The notes under the pieces were generated by a model, which worked only from the letters and a program-made list of their open reading frames with translations, was not told the origin of the DNA and made no database searches. 64,000 nucleotides of DNA. Source: Candidatus Cloacimonadales bacterium. Its GTDB lineage: Bacteria; Cloacimonadota; Cloacimonadia; Cloacimonadales; JAIOQZ01. A program made the translations under genes and the position numbers. Each line of letters begins with the position of its first letter. Position 1 is the first letter of the stretch. Below, in pieces: positions 1 to 11,634 of the stretch. The stretch covers positions 640,001 to 704,000 of the forward strand of contig OY771587.1 of the NCBI GenBank assembly GCA_963674825.1, in the 5' to 3' direction.

Positions 1-1
1 C

Positions 2-2284
2 GAAGAATTCTATCAGATGATTGAAAAAATGCTCGATCAATACATCGAAACAACGTTCGAGCTCGAATGGTTCGATAACCTTGCATCTGGCATCAAAAAA
101 TTGCAAACGAACCCGGTGGATTACGATATCATCCTGCTCGACCTGGATCTGCCGGACAGCCGTGGCATCAATACATTGCAATCGATGGTATCCCGGGATT
201 TCAACATTCCCATCGTCGTTATCAGCGGCTCTTACGAAAACAACGTGCTCGAAGAAACCCTCAAGTTGGGCGCGCAAGACTTCCTTCCCAAAGGCCAGTT
301 CAACAAAATGCAACTCATCAAAACTGTGCTTTATGCTATCGAGAAACACAAGCTGCAAGAAGAGATAGCCTTCCGACATGCCCAGATCGAGAATCGGGAG
401 AAAAAGTTCCGAACACTCGCTGAGTCAAGCAGCGATGGCATTATCGTGACAGGCCCCAACATGACTGTATTGTTCGTAAATAGAGCCGCTACTCAGATCT
501 TGGCCCGGAAATGCGAAGAGATGATTGGCGATATCTTTTTCTACCCGGTCAAAGAAGGCGAAACAACCGAAATCGTGATAAAAAAGGAGAATGAAGAGAA
601 TACTTTTGCCGAGATTAAAGCCACCAGAACCTGCTGGAATACATGCAGCGACTACCTGATCGCAATTCGAGACATTACGACACGGAAAAAAGCCGAGATC
701 GCTCTCGAAGAGAATCTGGATTTCGTGAACAAACTAATCGAAAGCATTCCCAACCCCATCTTTATCAAGGATACCGAACGTCGCTTGATAGGATGTAACG
801 AACATTATTTGAAATACATGGGAATTACAAGTAGAGAAGCCATCGGAAAGGCATTCATTGATTTCTTTCCGGAGGAAGCTGCCAGGTTTATCGAGGCCCA
901 AGACCAAGAACTTCTTGATAATCCTGGATCGCAGATATACGAAAAGACTTTTACGGTTCATGATGGCAGCACACGTCATGTTATTGTTAACAAGGCCACT
1001 TTTAACCATAAAGATGGAACGCTTGGCGGTATCATCGGTTTATTCATAGACATCACCGAACGCCAGGCTATGGAGCTCAGATTACGTCAGAGCGAAGAAA
1101 AATTCAGCACCATTTTCCAGAACAATCCCGATCCGATCGCAATCTGTCAGCTTGAAACAGGAAAAATCGTCGAAGTGAATGAAGCGTTCATGGACTTGAT
1201 GGGATATTCCAGAGATGAGCTACTCGGAAACAATCTGGATGCGATCGGCTTCTGGACCGATAAAGCGGATAAAGCCAGGATATTCGAAGAACTTGCCAGA
1301 ACGGAAAAGATACGTTCACGCAACCTGCGTATCCATAACCGCAATGTAGAAATCCGGCACGTCCTTTGTTCAATTGATACATTGAATATCGAAGAGCAGA
1401 TGCATTTCATGGTTATCTGTAAGGACATCACGGAGCAGAAAAAGCTCGAAGATCAGCTCTTCCACGCACAAAAAATGGAAACTGTCGGTCGACTCGCAGC
1501 CGGCATCGCACATGAGATTAACACGCCAATCCAATACGTTCACGACAACATAGACTTCATGTACGATTCATTCGGTGTCTTTATTGAATTGATAAAAAGG
1601 TTAAATCGCAGTCTCGGAAGCAAGAAAGAAGAAATCACTCCCGATATGAAAGATATTCTCGATTTTCAAGACGAGAATGATTTCGAGTTCCTGATCGAGG
1701 AAATCCCATCATCAATCGAACAGTCAATTGAAGGAATCGAGCGTGTTACGAAGATCGTAAAAGCCATGAAGAGCTTCGCGCATCCGGGAATCGAAGAGAT
1801 GGCTCCTTTGAATCTAAACGACGCAATCGAATCGACGATCACAGTAGCAAGAAACGAATGGAAATACGTTGCCGACATCAACACTGTTTATAACGAAAAT
1901 CTTCCGCCAGTTATGTGTTATGCGGGAGATTTCAAGCAGATTATCCTCAATCTGATCGTGAATGCGGCTCATGCTATCGGCGACACGCAAAAAAAAGAAG
2001 GCCGATACGAAAAAGCCGGAATTATCGATATTAAAACAAATTTCGATGATAAATATGCCATCATCGAATTGAGTGATAATGGCTCAGGAATCCCTCCCGA
2101 AGCCAAATCGCATATCTTTGAACCCTTCTTTACGACAAAACCCGTTGGAATTGGTACTGGTCAAGGCCTCGCAATTGTTTATAATATTGTTGTAAAAAAA
2201 CACAATGGTACTATCTCGTTTGATTCGACAGAAGGTGAAGGGACACGATTCTTAATCAAGATCCCTATTTCTCAGGATAAATAA
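2..2284 (+). CDS. Hybrid sensor histidine kinase (REC-PAS x3-HisKA-HATPase), probably 5'-truncated by the window edge
   Basis: REC motif [16 protein letters not shown] motifs (RDIT.RK); H-box AHEINTP; G-boxes DNGSG and GTGQGL. The frame is open upstream of ATG17 (EEFYQ) and the first REC strand is missing. Confidence 0.9.
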   Translation, partial: EEFYQMIEKMLDQYIETTFELEWFDNLASGIKKLQTNPVDYDIILLDLDLPDSRGINTLQSMVSRDFNIPIVVISGSYENNVLEETLKLGAQDFLPKGQFNKMQLIKTVLYAIEKHKLQEEIAFRHAQIENREKKFRTLAESSSDGIIVTGPNMTVLFVNRAATQILARKCEEMIGDIFFYPVKEGETTEIVIKKENEENTFAEIKATRTCWNTCSDYLIAIRDITTRKKAEIALEENLDFVNKLIESIPNPIFIKDTERRLIGCNEHYLKYMGITSREAIGKAFIDFFPEEAARFIEAQDQELLDNPGSQIYEKTFTVHDGSTRHVIVNKATFNHKDGTLGGIIGLFIDITERQAMELRLRQSEEKFSTIFQNNPDPIAICQLETGKIVEVNEAFMDLMGYSRDELLGNNLDAIGFWTDKADKARIFEELARTEKIRSRNLRIHNRNVEIRHVLCSIDTLNIEEQMHFMVICKDITEQKKLEDQLFHAQKMETVGRLAAGIAHEINTPIQYVHDNIDFMYDSFGVFIELIKRLNRSLGSKKEEITPDMKDILDFQDENDFEFLIEEIPSSIEQSIEGIERVTKIVKAMKSFAHPGIEEMAPLNLNDAIESTITVARNEWKYVADINTVYNENLPPVMCYAGDFKQIILNLIVNAAHAIGDTQKKEGRYEKAGIIDIKTNFDDKYAIIELSDNGSGIPPEAKSHIFEPFFTTKPVGIGTGQGLAIVYNIVVKKHNGTISFDSTEGEGTRFLIKIPISQDK

Positions 2285-2296
2285 CAGGATGATAGA

Positions 2297-5200
2297 ATGG
2301 TAAGAAAGGCGATTCGAATTCTTATCGTCGAAGACAGGTCTCTCAATATACACCAGACCAGGCAGATGCTCGGAGAAGTAGAAAACTTCCCTTGCGATCT
2401 CACAAGTGCCGGAACGCTGAGTGAAGCTCTGTATTCGATTGAGAAAAAAGACTTTGACGTGATCCTTCTGGATCTGGATCTGCCTGATAGCAAAGGAATC
2501 GATACTTATAGGCAGATATCTCATTTAAATACACGCATTCCGATCATCATCCTGGCACAAGAACTTGATAACGCAACTGCGCTCGAAGCCCTGAGAAGCG
2601 GTGCTCAGAACTACCATGTAAAAAGCGAAATCGATGGGGCAGATATTGTCAAATCGATCATATACGCCATCGAGAGAAACGCTCTGCGCATTGAGCTCGA
2701 AGAAAAAACTCACGCGCTTCAAAAGAGCGAAGAACGCTTTCGCATGATCGTTGAAAAAAACAAGGACGCTTTCCTGATCCTCAACGAGGAAGGTCTAATA
2801 CAGTTTACAAATCCTGCCGCCGTAGCTTTTTTTGGAATCCCCGAGCAGGAAATCATCGGGCAGCTGTTCAATCTTCCGGAAGAGAATTCTCTGGATATTA
2901 AAAATCCTGACGGAACCATCCATCATGGCAATATATCGACATTCAAGGTGGACTGGAATAATCTTCCCGTCACGATCGTCGCGATTCACGATATCACAGA
3001 AAGTAAAGAATCCGCAAAGAAACTGGCTGAAAGCCAGAAGCAATATAAAGAGCTTGTCGAGCAGCTTCAGGAAGGTATCTGGCTATTGAATGAACGCCTC
3101 GAAACCGTTTTCGCCAATCCAAGCCTGTGTGAGATGTTCGATCGCTCGTTTACCTCACTCTGGGGAGTCAGCCCGGACACGATAGTAACCGATTCATCAA
3201 TTGGAGCTTGCATCGAAATGACCGATGCTCTCATGAGCGGAAAGCAGGACAAACGCGAATTGAGCTTCCTCAAAGAAGACGGAACAGAAATCTGCACGAT
3301 GGTTTCTACATCACCCATTTTCGACGAAAAAGGCAGATTCAATGGAGCTCTTGCCGCTGTTCAAGACATCACTCGTGAGAAACAAGTGAACAATCAGCAG
3401 CGACTCATCCTGAACATCCTTTCAATCCTGAACCGTCATAACGAATGGAAGTATCTTATTCGCGACATCCTGAATGAAGTGCGGAAGGGAACAGGTTTCA
3501 AGACCATCGGAATTAGACTCGAACAACAAGACGACCACCCATATGTCGAAGTTGTCAGCAATGTCAACGAACCGACTCCGGATGAGAAAAAGTATATGGA
3601 GATCATCAGCATGGAGCTGATGAACGAAAAGCTATCTCATTTATATGATACGGTACTCAATCAAAATCTGAAGAAATATCCTGAAAACACAACGGCTTAC
3701 GGAAGTTTCTGGACGAATAATCTCGACCAGTTCATGCAGAAAACCAGCCCTGAACAACGCGCATTGTACGACACATATTCAAAGAAAGTCATCCTCGATC
3801 AGACAATGGCCTTGATCCCGGTTATCGTCGAGGGAAATGTGATTGGACTAATCCATCTCAGCGATCACGAAACAAACCGGATCAGCGAAGAAAGCATAAA
3901 ATTCTTCGAAGAGATTGCAGCAACGGTCAGCATTGCATTCAAACGTATGCAGGCAGAGCAAGAGTTGGTAAGAGAGCGGAACCGCGCGACCGACTACTTC
4001 AACCTCGCGCCAGTTCTCATGCTTGTGCTGGGGCGGGATCAGCTGGTCAAGCAAATCAATCGAATGGGCTGCGTAATTCTGGAAACCAAAGAGGAAGAAA
4101 TTATCGGCAAAAACTGGTTCGATCACTTCATCCCGGCCATCCTGCGGGAAACGCTTCGAACCCAGTTCGTTAATCTCATGGAATCATCCGATCTTTACAC
4201 AAACGTCACTGAATACTTCCCATCTGGGTTTAATCACGCCCTTCTGACGAGAACCGGAAAAATACGAACATTATCCTGGCACAATACGTTGCTTTATGAT
4301 CCCAACGGAAAAGTGATGGGAACACTCAGTTCGGCGGAAGATCTAACGGAGAAGATCGAAGCTGAAGAAGCCCGTAAACAGAGCGAAGAAAAGTTCTTTA
4401 AAATCTTCCGGTATAACCCGGATGCGATTAGTATCACTCAGTTCGACGGGACCATGATCAAGGAAGCAAACGATGCGTTTCTTGAGATGTTCGGCTACAC
4501 TCGTGAAGAGCTGTTCGATCTATCATTCAATTCTAAAACCCTATGGGCAAATCCCAAAGACCGGGAAGCAGTTCTTGCCCTTCTACAAAAAGAAGGTCAG
4601 GTCTCATCCCAGGAGATTCGCCTGGTCAACAAAGCTGGAAAAGAACGCATATCTTTGAGTTCCTTCCAGCTGATTCAGCTTGAAGGGCGGTCGCACATCC
4701 TGTCTATTTTCCGCGATGTTACCGAGCGCCGCAACCTTGAAGATCACCTGCGACAGGCACAGAAGATGGAGGCAATCGGAACCCTTGCCGGTGGAATCGC
4801 CCATGACTTCAACAACATTCTGTCTGTGATCATGGGGTACGCGGAACTTGCCATGACATCCATTCCCGAGAACAGCCGGGCTATCCGGGATATGAGAGAA
4901 GTTATCAACGGTAGCGCAAGAGCTAAAGAACTCGTTCAGCAAATCCTGACATTCAGCCGGGAAACCGAACAGAAAAAAGCGCCATTGAAACTCGCTACGG
5001 TCATTAAGGAAGCGATGAAGATGCTTAGAGCATCCATCCCTTCTACCATTGCTCTCCAGAGCTCTTTTAACAGCAGAAATATTATCCTGGCCGATCCCAC
5101 GCAGATGCATCAGATCGTGATGAATCTCTGCACGAATGCCTTCCATGCCATGGAAGAAACTGGAGGGACCATTCAGGTGGAACTTACGGATACTCCTTTC

Positions 5201-5905
5201 GAGCATATTCCCGATCAGGTCAGGGCAAATCTCAAGCCCGGATGCTTCGTAAGACTGAGTATTTCCGATACCGGACCCGGTATCCCGAAGGAGCTCAGAG
5301 AGCGCATCTTCGAGCCGTATTTTACGACCAAGAAAAAGGGGAAGGGAACCGGCCTGGGGTTGGCGATCGTAGCTGGTATCGTGAAAAATCACAATGGTGG
5401 AATCCACCTCAATAGCAGTCCGGAGAACGGAACTGTATTCGATCTCTTCTTCCCTGTGTACGAAGGGCAAGCAGAAATTGATACGGGAAAATCGATTCAG
5501 GACGACATCAAGACAACTCCCGCCCGAATTCTCTTCGTTGATGACGAGATCGCTATCGTCAAACTGCACGAAAAACACCTTCGAAAGAAAGGGTATGAAG
5601 TTGAATCCACCGCCTCGAGCCTCGAAGCTCTCGAACTTATGAAGAGCAACCCACATCATTTCGATTTGGTGATTACCGACCTTACGATGCCGAAACTAAC
5701 AGGCATAGAGCTAGCCAAGAGCATCCTTGGCGTACGTCCAGACATCCCGATCATTCTCTGCACTGGATACACGGAAAAGCTTACACCAGAGGACATTAAG
5801 AACGCAGGAATTCGTGAATTAATGTTCAAGCCCGTTATTATAAGTGATCTTATAAAAACAATCGAAGAAAGTTTGAACCGCAATTCAACTTTTCCCACTA
5901 ACTGA
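2297..5905 (+). CDS. Hybrid sensor histidine kinase (REC-PAS-PAS-GAF-PAS-PAS-HisKA-HATPase-REC), CckA-like output end
   Basis: H-box [13 protein letters not shown] and GTGLGL; C-terminal REC (ILFVDDE...DLTMP...KP); N-terminal REC. Confidence 0.93.
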   Translation: MVRKAIRILIVEDRSLNIHQTRQMLGEVENFPCDLTSAGTLSEALYSIEKKDFDVILLDLDLPDSKGIDTYRQISHLNTRIPIIILAQELDNATALEALRSGAQNYHVKSEIDGADIVKSIIYAIERNALRIELEEKTHALQKSEERFRMIVEKNKDAFLILNEEGLIQFTNPAAVAFFGIPEQEIIGQLFNLPEENSLDIKNPDGTIHHGNISTFKVDWNNLPVTIVAIHDITESKESAKKLAESQKQYKELVEQLQEGIWLLNERLETVFANPSLCEMFDRSFTSLWGVSPDTIVTDSSIGACIEMTDALMSGKQDKRELSFLKEDGTEICTMVSTSPIFDEKGRFNGALAAVQDITREKQVNNQQRLILNILSILNRHNEWKYLIRDILNEVRKGTGFKTIGIRLEQQDDHPYVEVVSNVNEPTPDEKKYMEIISMELMNEKLSHLYDTVLNQNLKKYPENTTAYGSFWTNNLDQFMQKTSPEQRALYDTYSKKVILDQTMALIPVIVEGNVIGLIHLSDHETNRISEESIKFFEEIAATVSIAFKRMQAEQELVRERNRATDYFNLAPVLMLVLGRDQLVKQINRMGCVILETKEEEIIGKNWFDHFIPAILRETLRTQFVNLMESSDLYTNVTEYFPSGFNHALLTRTGKIRTLSWHNTLLYDPNGKVMGTLSSAEDLTEKIEAEEARKQSEEKFFKIFRYNPDAISITQFDGTMIKEANDAFLEMFGYTREELFDLSFNSKTLWANPKDREAVLALLQKEGQVSSQEIRLVNKAGKERISLSSFQLIQLEGRSHILSIFRDVTERRNLEDHLRQAQKMEAIGTLAGGIAHDFNNILSVIMGYAELAMTSIPENSRAIRDMREVINGSARAKELVQQILTFSRETEQKKAPLKLATVIKEAMKMLRASIPSTIALQSSFNSRNIILADPTQMHQIVMNLCTNAFHAMEETGGTIQVELTDTPFEHIPDQVRANLKPGCFVRLSISDTGPGIPKELRERIFEPYFTTKKKGKGTGLGLAIVAGIVKNHNGGIHLNSSPENGTVFDLFFPVYEGQAEIDTGKSIQDDIKTTPARILFVDDEIAIVKLHEKHLRKKGYEVESTASSLEALELMKSNPHHFDLVITDLTMPKLTGIELAKSILGVRPDIPIILCTGYTEKLTPEDIKNAGIRELMFKPVIISDLIKTIEESLNRNSTFPTN

Positions 5906-5991
5906 CACGGATTCGTTTTTTAATCTTCTCATCATCCTTTTAGTTTACATTCTCCCGATTCGGATTATCATGTTAGGTAGTGGAATGAATT

Positions 5992-7680
5992 ATGGAAAGG
6001 AAAGCACGCTATCTACCAACCTTACTATCGGTGTCGATATTCGATCCGAATTTGAAATTCGAGTTCGAATGGGAGACGTTACTTCCTCAGCTGACGAAGC
6101 AGATTGAAATCATTCGGAAACGCCAGCATGCCATCGAGCTATGGAGCCGGTCATTACCTGATTTAATTATTGTTCCATTCGATCAGCTTGCGGAAGTCGA
6201 TTCGATCATCTCCGATCTTATGGACAGCGAAGGAGACACAAAGCCAGGTCTATTCACCTTTGCAGACATCCTTGATGACGAAACATGCGCGAAACTAGAC
6301 TATACCGAGATTATTGACGCCGCGACCTATAATACAAGCCTCAACCGGCTCAAGAAACAACTTCATCGAGGAGTTGAACTGGTTGAGCTCAGAAAACGGG
6401 TTGAGAACGCGAATGAACGTCTTGAAAAAGCCATTTACTATCAGCATACACTTTCCCACATATCTATCGCATTGAACGCCATGGAAGATTTCTCCAGAGA
6501 TATCGAAAACCTCATGGACGTCCTGCTATTCACACTCGATCTGGATATGGTGCTGATCCACCGTTTGCAAATGTGTCATGACGATGTGCGGGTATCCGAT
6601 TTTATATTCCGTACACGTGACCACGTAAGCCAATCGCTTCAGAGCATGGACATGACCAACGTCGGACGTATGCTTCAATCCATCGAACCGGACAACCAGA
6701 TTGTATTACAGCGATCCGCCACGACAGTCAGAGAAATCGAGTTTGCCATGGACTCCCTCCAAGTAAATATGGTCAATATCTGTCCACTTCAGACTCGGCA
6801 CTGCCTCCTTGGATCAATCCTCTACGCAACCCGGGATGAGCGTAACTGGGATACGGAGATGAACGATCTCCTTCTCACCATCTCCAGCCTCATAGCCAAT
6901 GCCTGGGAAAAAGATATGACTGTCTTTCAGAAGATCGAGACGCAAGGTAGATTAACCGAATCGGTACGTATGGTAGAGCAGGCATCGAAAATGGCGTCGC
7001 TTGGCATCATGTCCGCTGGTATCACCCATGAAATCAACCAGCCACTGAGCGCGATCAAGGTCACGGCTGAAAGCATCGAGCTATGGTCGAACAACAATCC
7101 CGATGAACTTCCCGAGAAATTCGTCAAGCGCATAGGCATCATCCATAAAAGCGCGAACCGCATCGACGAGATCATCCGCCATATGCGTTCGAACTGGATC
7201 TCGGCTACCCCAACCGATTCGATTCGAATCAACGTGAACGAAGGGATCAAACAAGGCCTCACGCTGCTTGAACGACAGCTGAAATCCCACGGCATCGAGC
7301 TCTTTCTGCAATTCAATCAAGCAGAAATCTCCATCAGTGGCGTAAAAATCCAATTCGAGCAGATCATTGTGAATCTGATAGTTAACGCCATTCATGCGCT
7401 GGATGACGTCGATCGGGAAAAGAAGATATTGACAATTTCTACGGAGAAGGCCGATAATAAAGCTATTATAACTGTTGAAGATAACGGAACCGGATTCACT
7501 CCCGAAGTATTGATGCACATGTTCGAGCCTTTTTACACGACAAAGAAAGCCGGAAAAGGCAGCGGCCTGGGGTTGGCCATCGTGAAAAACTTCGTCTCTA
7601 AATTCAATGGCGAGATCAGCGCTGGGAATGTCCCTGAAGGTGGGGCCAAGTTCGTCATTAAACTTCCATGTACGCAATAA
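5992..7680 (+). CDS. Sensor histidine kinase with GAF-like region (NtrB/DctB-like kinase core)
   Basis: H-box THEINQPL; N-box NLIVNA; DNGTG; GSGLGL. Confidence 0.88.
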   Translation: MERKARYLPTLLSVSIFDPNLKFEFEWETLLPQLTKQIEIIRKRQHAIELWSRSLPDLIIVPFDQLAEVDSIISDLMDSEGDTKPGLFTFADILDDETCAKLDYTEIIDAATYNTSLNRLKKQLHRGVELVELRKRVENANERLEKAIYYQHTLSHISIALNAMEDFSRDIENLMDVLLFTLDLDMVLIHRLQMCHDDVRVSDFIFRTRDHVSQSLQSMDMTNVGRMLQSIEPDNQIVLQRSATTVREIEFAMDSLQVNMVNICPLQTRHCLLGSILYATRDERNWDTEMNDLLLTISSLIANAWEKDMTVFQKIETQGRLTESVRMVEQASKMASLGIMSAGITHEINQPLSAIKVTAESIELWSNNNPDELPEKFVKRIGIIHKSANRIDEIIRHMRSNWISATPTDSIRINVNEGIKQGLTLLERQLKSHGIELFLQFNQAEISISGVKIQFEQIIVNLIVNAIHALDDVDREKKILTISTEKADNKAIITVEDNGTGFTPEVLMHMFEPFYTTKKAGKGSGLGLAIVKNFVSKFNGEISAGNVPEGGAKFVIKLPCTQ

Positions 7681-7698
7681 TCAGCAAATGGAGTTTCT

Positions 7699-8196
7699 AT
7701 GAACAACCTGCATATCATGATTGTTGACGATGACCGGGATCATCTGGAAAGCCTCAAGGAAGCCCTTACACTGAACGATTTTGACGTCAGCACCTACGAA
7801 AACCCCGTCGAGGCGGTTGAGGCATACAAAGTTGAGCCATTCGATGTGGTGATTACCGATTATAAAATGCCGGAAATGAATGGTATCGAAGTACTGCGAG
7901 CAATCAGAAAACACGACCCGGAAGCCTACGTGCTAATCATGACCGGCTACGCAAACAAGGACAACGCCATCGAGGCCGTCAATAACGGTGCTTACTTCTT
8001 CTTCAGAAAGCCAATCGAACTACAACTCGTTATCGAGACGCTGGACCAGATCGAGAAAGAAATGCGCAAACGCCAGGAAGAGCTGAACATGATCGCGTTT
8101 GCCAAAGAATATAAAAAACTTAAGGGACTGCTCCAATCTTTCGATGATTTAAAGAAAGACATTTCATCCCTGCACGGAGAAACACATGAGAAATGA
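7699..8196 (+). CDS. Response regulator (REC) with short C-terminal coiled-coil extension
   Basis: IMIVDDD, TDYKMPEMNG, MTGY, RKP motifs; overlaps the cheA start. Confidence 0.9.
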   Translation: MNNLHIMIVDDDRDHLESLKEALTLNDFDVSTYENPVEAVEAYKVEPFDVVITDYKMPEMNGIEVLRAIRKHDPEAYVLIMTGYANKDNAIEAVNNGAYFFFRKPIELQLVIETLDQIEKEMRKRQEELNMIAFAKEYKKLKGLLQSFDDLKKDISSLHGETHEK

Positions 8197-10531
8197 AGAT
8201 CAAGAAATGTTGCAATCGTTTGTTATCGAAGCAACGGAGATGCTTGACGAAGTCGAACCATATTTGATCAATTTGCAGGAAGCGATCCATTCCAAAGGCA
8301 GACTGGACAGCGAAATCCTGAACTCCATTTTCCGACTTTTCCACACCATAAAAGGAACCTCGGGCTTTTTTAATCTCCATAACATGCAGGGTATTACCCA
8401 CGAAGCAGAAACACTACTCGACCTCTATCGAAAAGAAAAATTGGACCTTAACAACCAGCAGGCAGAGCTGTTCTTTAAAACAATCGACCTCCTGCGGAAA
8501 ATGCTTTCGACTGTGGAAGTATCATTTCACGATAATGGTTTCGAACCCGAAGCAGAGGAGCTTGTCGGCCTGTTTAACACCGCCAGTTCTGGTGGATTAA
8601 AGGAAGAGCCAGTGAAACAACCACCTGCCGCTCCCAAGGATACCAGCGAACCCAAAGAGTCCAGCAAGAGAACGATCTCGATCGACATCAAAGACGAGCT
8701 GCTGGAGCCGTTTATCCAGGAAGCGATCGAAATCCTCGACGAAGCCGAGCAGAACCTCATGCAGCTCGAAGAAAATCCCGACGACGATGATCTGCTGCAG
8801 AAAATTTTCAGAGGTATCCATACATTCAAGGGCAATTGCGGTATATTCGGTATGGATGACCTTGAACGTCTGAGTCATCGCACTGAAACAGTACTTGATT
8901 TTATGCGTAACGGAGCGCGTAAAGATTTCGGCGCTAACATCCGCATGATCCTCAAACTCATCAGTGTTTTCCAGGATACTATCATGCGTGTTCAGCAGGG
9001 TGACGAGGGTCATATTCAGGGACTTGACGGCATGCTGTTCCTGCTCGACGATACCATCATGGAGCTTCAGGAAGAGGTACCGGAACGCTCACTGCAACCT
9101 CAGAAGAAGAAAGCGACCATGCAACCCGAACCTGAACCTGAAATCGAGCCAGAGCCAGAGCCAGAGCCAGAGCCTGAACCGGAACCAGAACCGGAACCCG
9201 AACCTGCTCCGAAACCACAGCCAAAGCCTGTCGAAAGAAAACCAGAACCCAAACCAGTACCCGCCCCAAAACCGCAGCCGAAGCAGACAAAAGAAAACGC
9301 TATCGAGAATATTGCATCTTCTGCTGGCGGCAGGAAAGCTGTTGATCCGATGAAGTCGTCCGTCACACAGCAATCGATCCGTATCGATACCGAGAAAGTC
9401 GATAAACTCGTCGATTGGGTCGGTGAACTCTCGATCGCGGAGCTGATGGTAACACAAAATCCGGTGTTACGTCATTTGGAGAAAAAATACCTTCGCATCT
9501 TCGATCAATCCGCGCTCAACCTACGGCGTATCATTACCGAAATTCAAAGTCTTTCTCTATCACTGCGCATGCTTCCCATCGCAGGTACATTTAAAAAAAT
9601 GCTCCGCTTGGTCCACGACCTTTCCCATAAAGCAGGCAAGCGTATTCGCCTGCACATCGTGGGTGAAGAGACTGAAGTGGATAAAAGCGTCATCGACTTG
9701 ATTGGTGATCCATTGGTTCATATAATCCGCAATTCGATCGACCATGGTATCGAAGATCCCGAAGGCCGCAAGAAGGCTGGAAAGGAAGAGATGGGAACCA
9801 TTATCCTCGAAGCACGCCATGAAAGTGGTGAAGTGTGGATTGTAGTTCAGGATGACGGACGTGGTCTCAACCGCGAGAAAATCCTGAGTAAAGCTATCGA
9901 GAAAGGGCTTGTGCAGGAAGAAGCCGCTGATGAGATGACCGATCAGGAAGTTTACAAGCTAATCTTCCAACCCGGGTTCTCTACTGCGGATCAGGTAACC
10001 GAGATTTCCGGACGCGGTGTGGGCATGGACGTAGTTAAGAAGAACCTCGAGAAGATCAAGGGACGTATCGATGTGGATTCAACGCCCGGCAAGGGGACAA
10101 CAATTCTGCTCCGAATCCCGCTGACAATGGCACTGATCGAAGGTATGCAAGTGATGGTCGGTAAAAAGCGATACATCATCCCGCTCCTGTCGATCCGTGA
10201 GTTCTTCCAGCCAATTAAAGACGACATCACCATGATGCCTGACGGAGAAGAAGTTGTAAACCTGCGCGGCGAGCTGATCTCCATTGTGCGTCTGCACAAA
10301 CGGTATCAAATCGATTCCAAGTACGATAAGATCGAGGACGGAGTCCTGATCGTCATCAACTTCCACGGTAAATCGCTCTGCCTGTTTGTCGATAGCATTA
10401 TCGGACAGATGCAGGCGGTTATCAAAGCGATCCCGAACTACTTCGGACAAACCGAAGGCATCTCGGGATTCACGATCCTGGGCGACGGCACAGTCTGCCC
10501 CATTCTCGATCTGGCATCGTTGATATCATAA
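8186..10531 (+). CDS. cheA: Chemotaxis histidine kinase CheA with two Hpt domains
   Basis: Two Hpt motifs (FRLFHTIKG, FRGIHTFKG); dimerisation region; HIIRNSIDHGIE; GRGVGMDVV; C-terminal CheW domain. Confidence 0.96.
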   Translation: MRNEDQEMLQSFVIEATEMLDEVEPYLINLQEAIHSKGRLDSEILNSIFRLFHTIKGTSGFFNLHNMQGITHEAETLLDLYRKEKLDLNNQQAELFFKTIDLLRKMLSTVEVSFHDNGFEPEAEELVGLFNTASSGGLKEEPVKQPPAAPKDTSEPKESSKRTISIDIKDELLEPFIQEAIEILDEAEQNLMQLEENPDDDDLLQKIFRGIHTFKGNCGIFGMDDLERLSHRTETVLDFMRNGARKDFGANIRMILKLISVFQDTIMRVQQGDEGHIQGLDGMLFLLDDTIMELQEEVPERSLQPQKKKATMQPEPEPEIEPEPEPEPEPEPEPEPEPEPAPKPQPKPVERKPEPKPVPAPKPQPKQTKENAIENIASSAGGRKAVDPMKSSVTQQSIRIDTEKVDKLVDWVGELSIAELMVTQNPVLRHLEKKYLRIFDQSALNLRRIITEIQSLSLSLRMLPIAGTFKKMLRLVHDLSHKAGKRIRLHIVGEETEVDKSVIDLIGDPLVHIIRNSIDHGIEDPEGRKKAGKEEMGTIILEARHESGEVWIVVQDDGRGLNREKILSKAIEKGLVQEEAADEMTDQEVYKLIFQPGFSTADQVTEISGRGVGMDVVKKNLEKIKGRIDVDSTPGKGTTILLRIPLTMALIEGMQVMVGKKRYIIPLLSIREFFQPIKDDITMMPDGEEVVNLRGELISIVRLHKRYQIDSKYDKIEDGVLIVINFHGKSLCLFVDSIIGQMQAVIKAIPNYFGQTEGISGFTILGDGTVCPILDLASLIS
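9125..9205 (+). repeat. Pro-Glu hexamer repeat in the CheA linker
   Basis: GAGCCA x4 perfect (9146-9169) within degenerate GARCCN units encoding (PE)n. Confidence 0.85.
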
Positions 10532-10559
10532 TAAATTCAGTTTGGTCAAGGAGGTCTTC

Positions 10560-11075
10560 ATGAGAGAAGACGAGATTATGAACGAAGAACTGATGGATGA
10601 ACAAATCCAGCGAAACCGTTATCTGACATTCCATATGGGTAAAGAAGACTATGGTATCCCAATCTATAACGTCATGGAAATCATCGGAGGCATGCAGCCG
10701 ATTACGGAAATCCCGGAACGGGCCGATTACGAGAAGGGTGTAATTAACCTTCGCGGTAAAATCGTTCCCGTCATCGATGTCCGGTTACGCTTTAGCCTGC
10801 CTGCACGTGAGTACACAGACCGTACTTGTATTATCGTCACAAGTATCGATGACATCGTCACCGGCTTGATCGTCGACGAGGTATCCGAAGTAATGGATAT
10901 CCCCGAAGAATCGATCGATCCACCGCCGACAAGTATGTCCGATGCGAAAAGCCAGTTCATCAAAGGAATGGGGATCATTGGCAAAAAAGTCAAAATCATC
11001 CTCGACGTCGAAAGAATAGTCAACTCTGGAGGCAGAAAGTACACGCAAGACGTTATTCAAGAAGTTGATGAATAA
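10560..11075 (+). CDS. cheW: Chemotaxis coupling protein CheW
   Basis: YLTF...GVINLRGKIVPVIDVR...GLIVDEVSEV; AGGAGG RBS favours ATG10560 over TTG10542. Confidence 0.95.
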   Translation: MREDEIMNEELMDEQIQRNRYLTFHMGKEDYGIPIYNVMEIIGGMQPITEIPERADYEKGVINLRGKIVPVIDVRLRFSLPAREYTDRTCIIVTSIDDIVTGLIVDEVSEVMDIPEESIDPPPTSMSDAKSQFIKGMGIIGKKVKIILDVERIVNSGGRKYTQDVIQEVDE

Positions 11076-11120
11076 TAGACTGAACTAGAAAAAATCTCAT
11101 AATACTCAGGAGGTACTATC

Positions 11121-11597
11121 ATGCGTAAAATCGCAACCACACTCATGCTCATGGTGTTAATTGCCGGGTTATTCTCCATGACATTGGAAGAAAAAAGAGA
11201 AACAGCAAAGAATCTTGTTGAGAAGGGAGCAAAATTCCTTCAGGAAAACGGACGTGACAAGGCCTTTACAGCCTTCTCAGACAAAAACGGGGAATTCGTT
11301 TTTGATGAGTTCTATATTTTCATAGAAGATTATCAGGGCATCATGGTCCTTCATCCGATCTCACCTAAAATGAATGGACAGAAGGTTCTCGACGTCCAGG
11401 ATCCAGACGGCGTATACCTTTTCCGAGAAATGATCAAGAACACCGCGAAAGATCCCTATCATGGATGGGTCAATTATAAATGGCTTGATCCGGTTAGTGG
11501 AACCGTTCAGCCGAAAGAGACATATGTAATGCAGGTAAAGGGCACGGACGAAAAAGGCGACTACCTGCTGATTCTCGGTACCGGATTCTACAAATAG
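11121..11597 (+). CDS. Stand-alone exported single Cache (sCache_2-like) domain protein
   Basis: N-terminal signal peptide; [30 protein letters not shown]...PKETY motifs. Confidence 0.85.
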   Translation: MRKIATTLMLMVLIAGLFSMTLEEKRETAKNLVEKGAKFLQENGRDKAFTAFSDKNGEFVFDEFYIFIEDYQGIMVLHPISPKMNGQKVLDVQDPDGVYLFREMIKNTAKDPYHGWVNYKWLDPVSGTVQPKETYVMQVKGTDEKGDYLLILGTGFYK

Positions 11598-11634
11598 GTG
11601 TGTAATTAAAATCAGTAAGCATAAGGGGTTAGGA

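Noticed and set aside
9125..9205. Hexamer repeat as a phase-variation switch
   Set aside because: Unit length is a multiple of 3, so slippage changes only linker length
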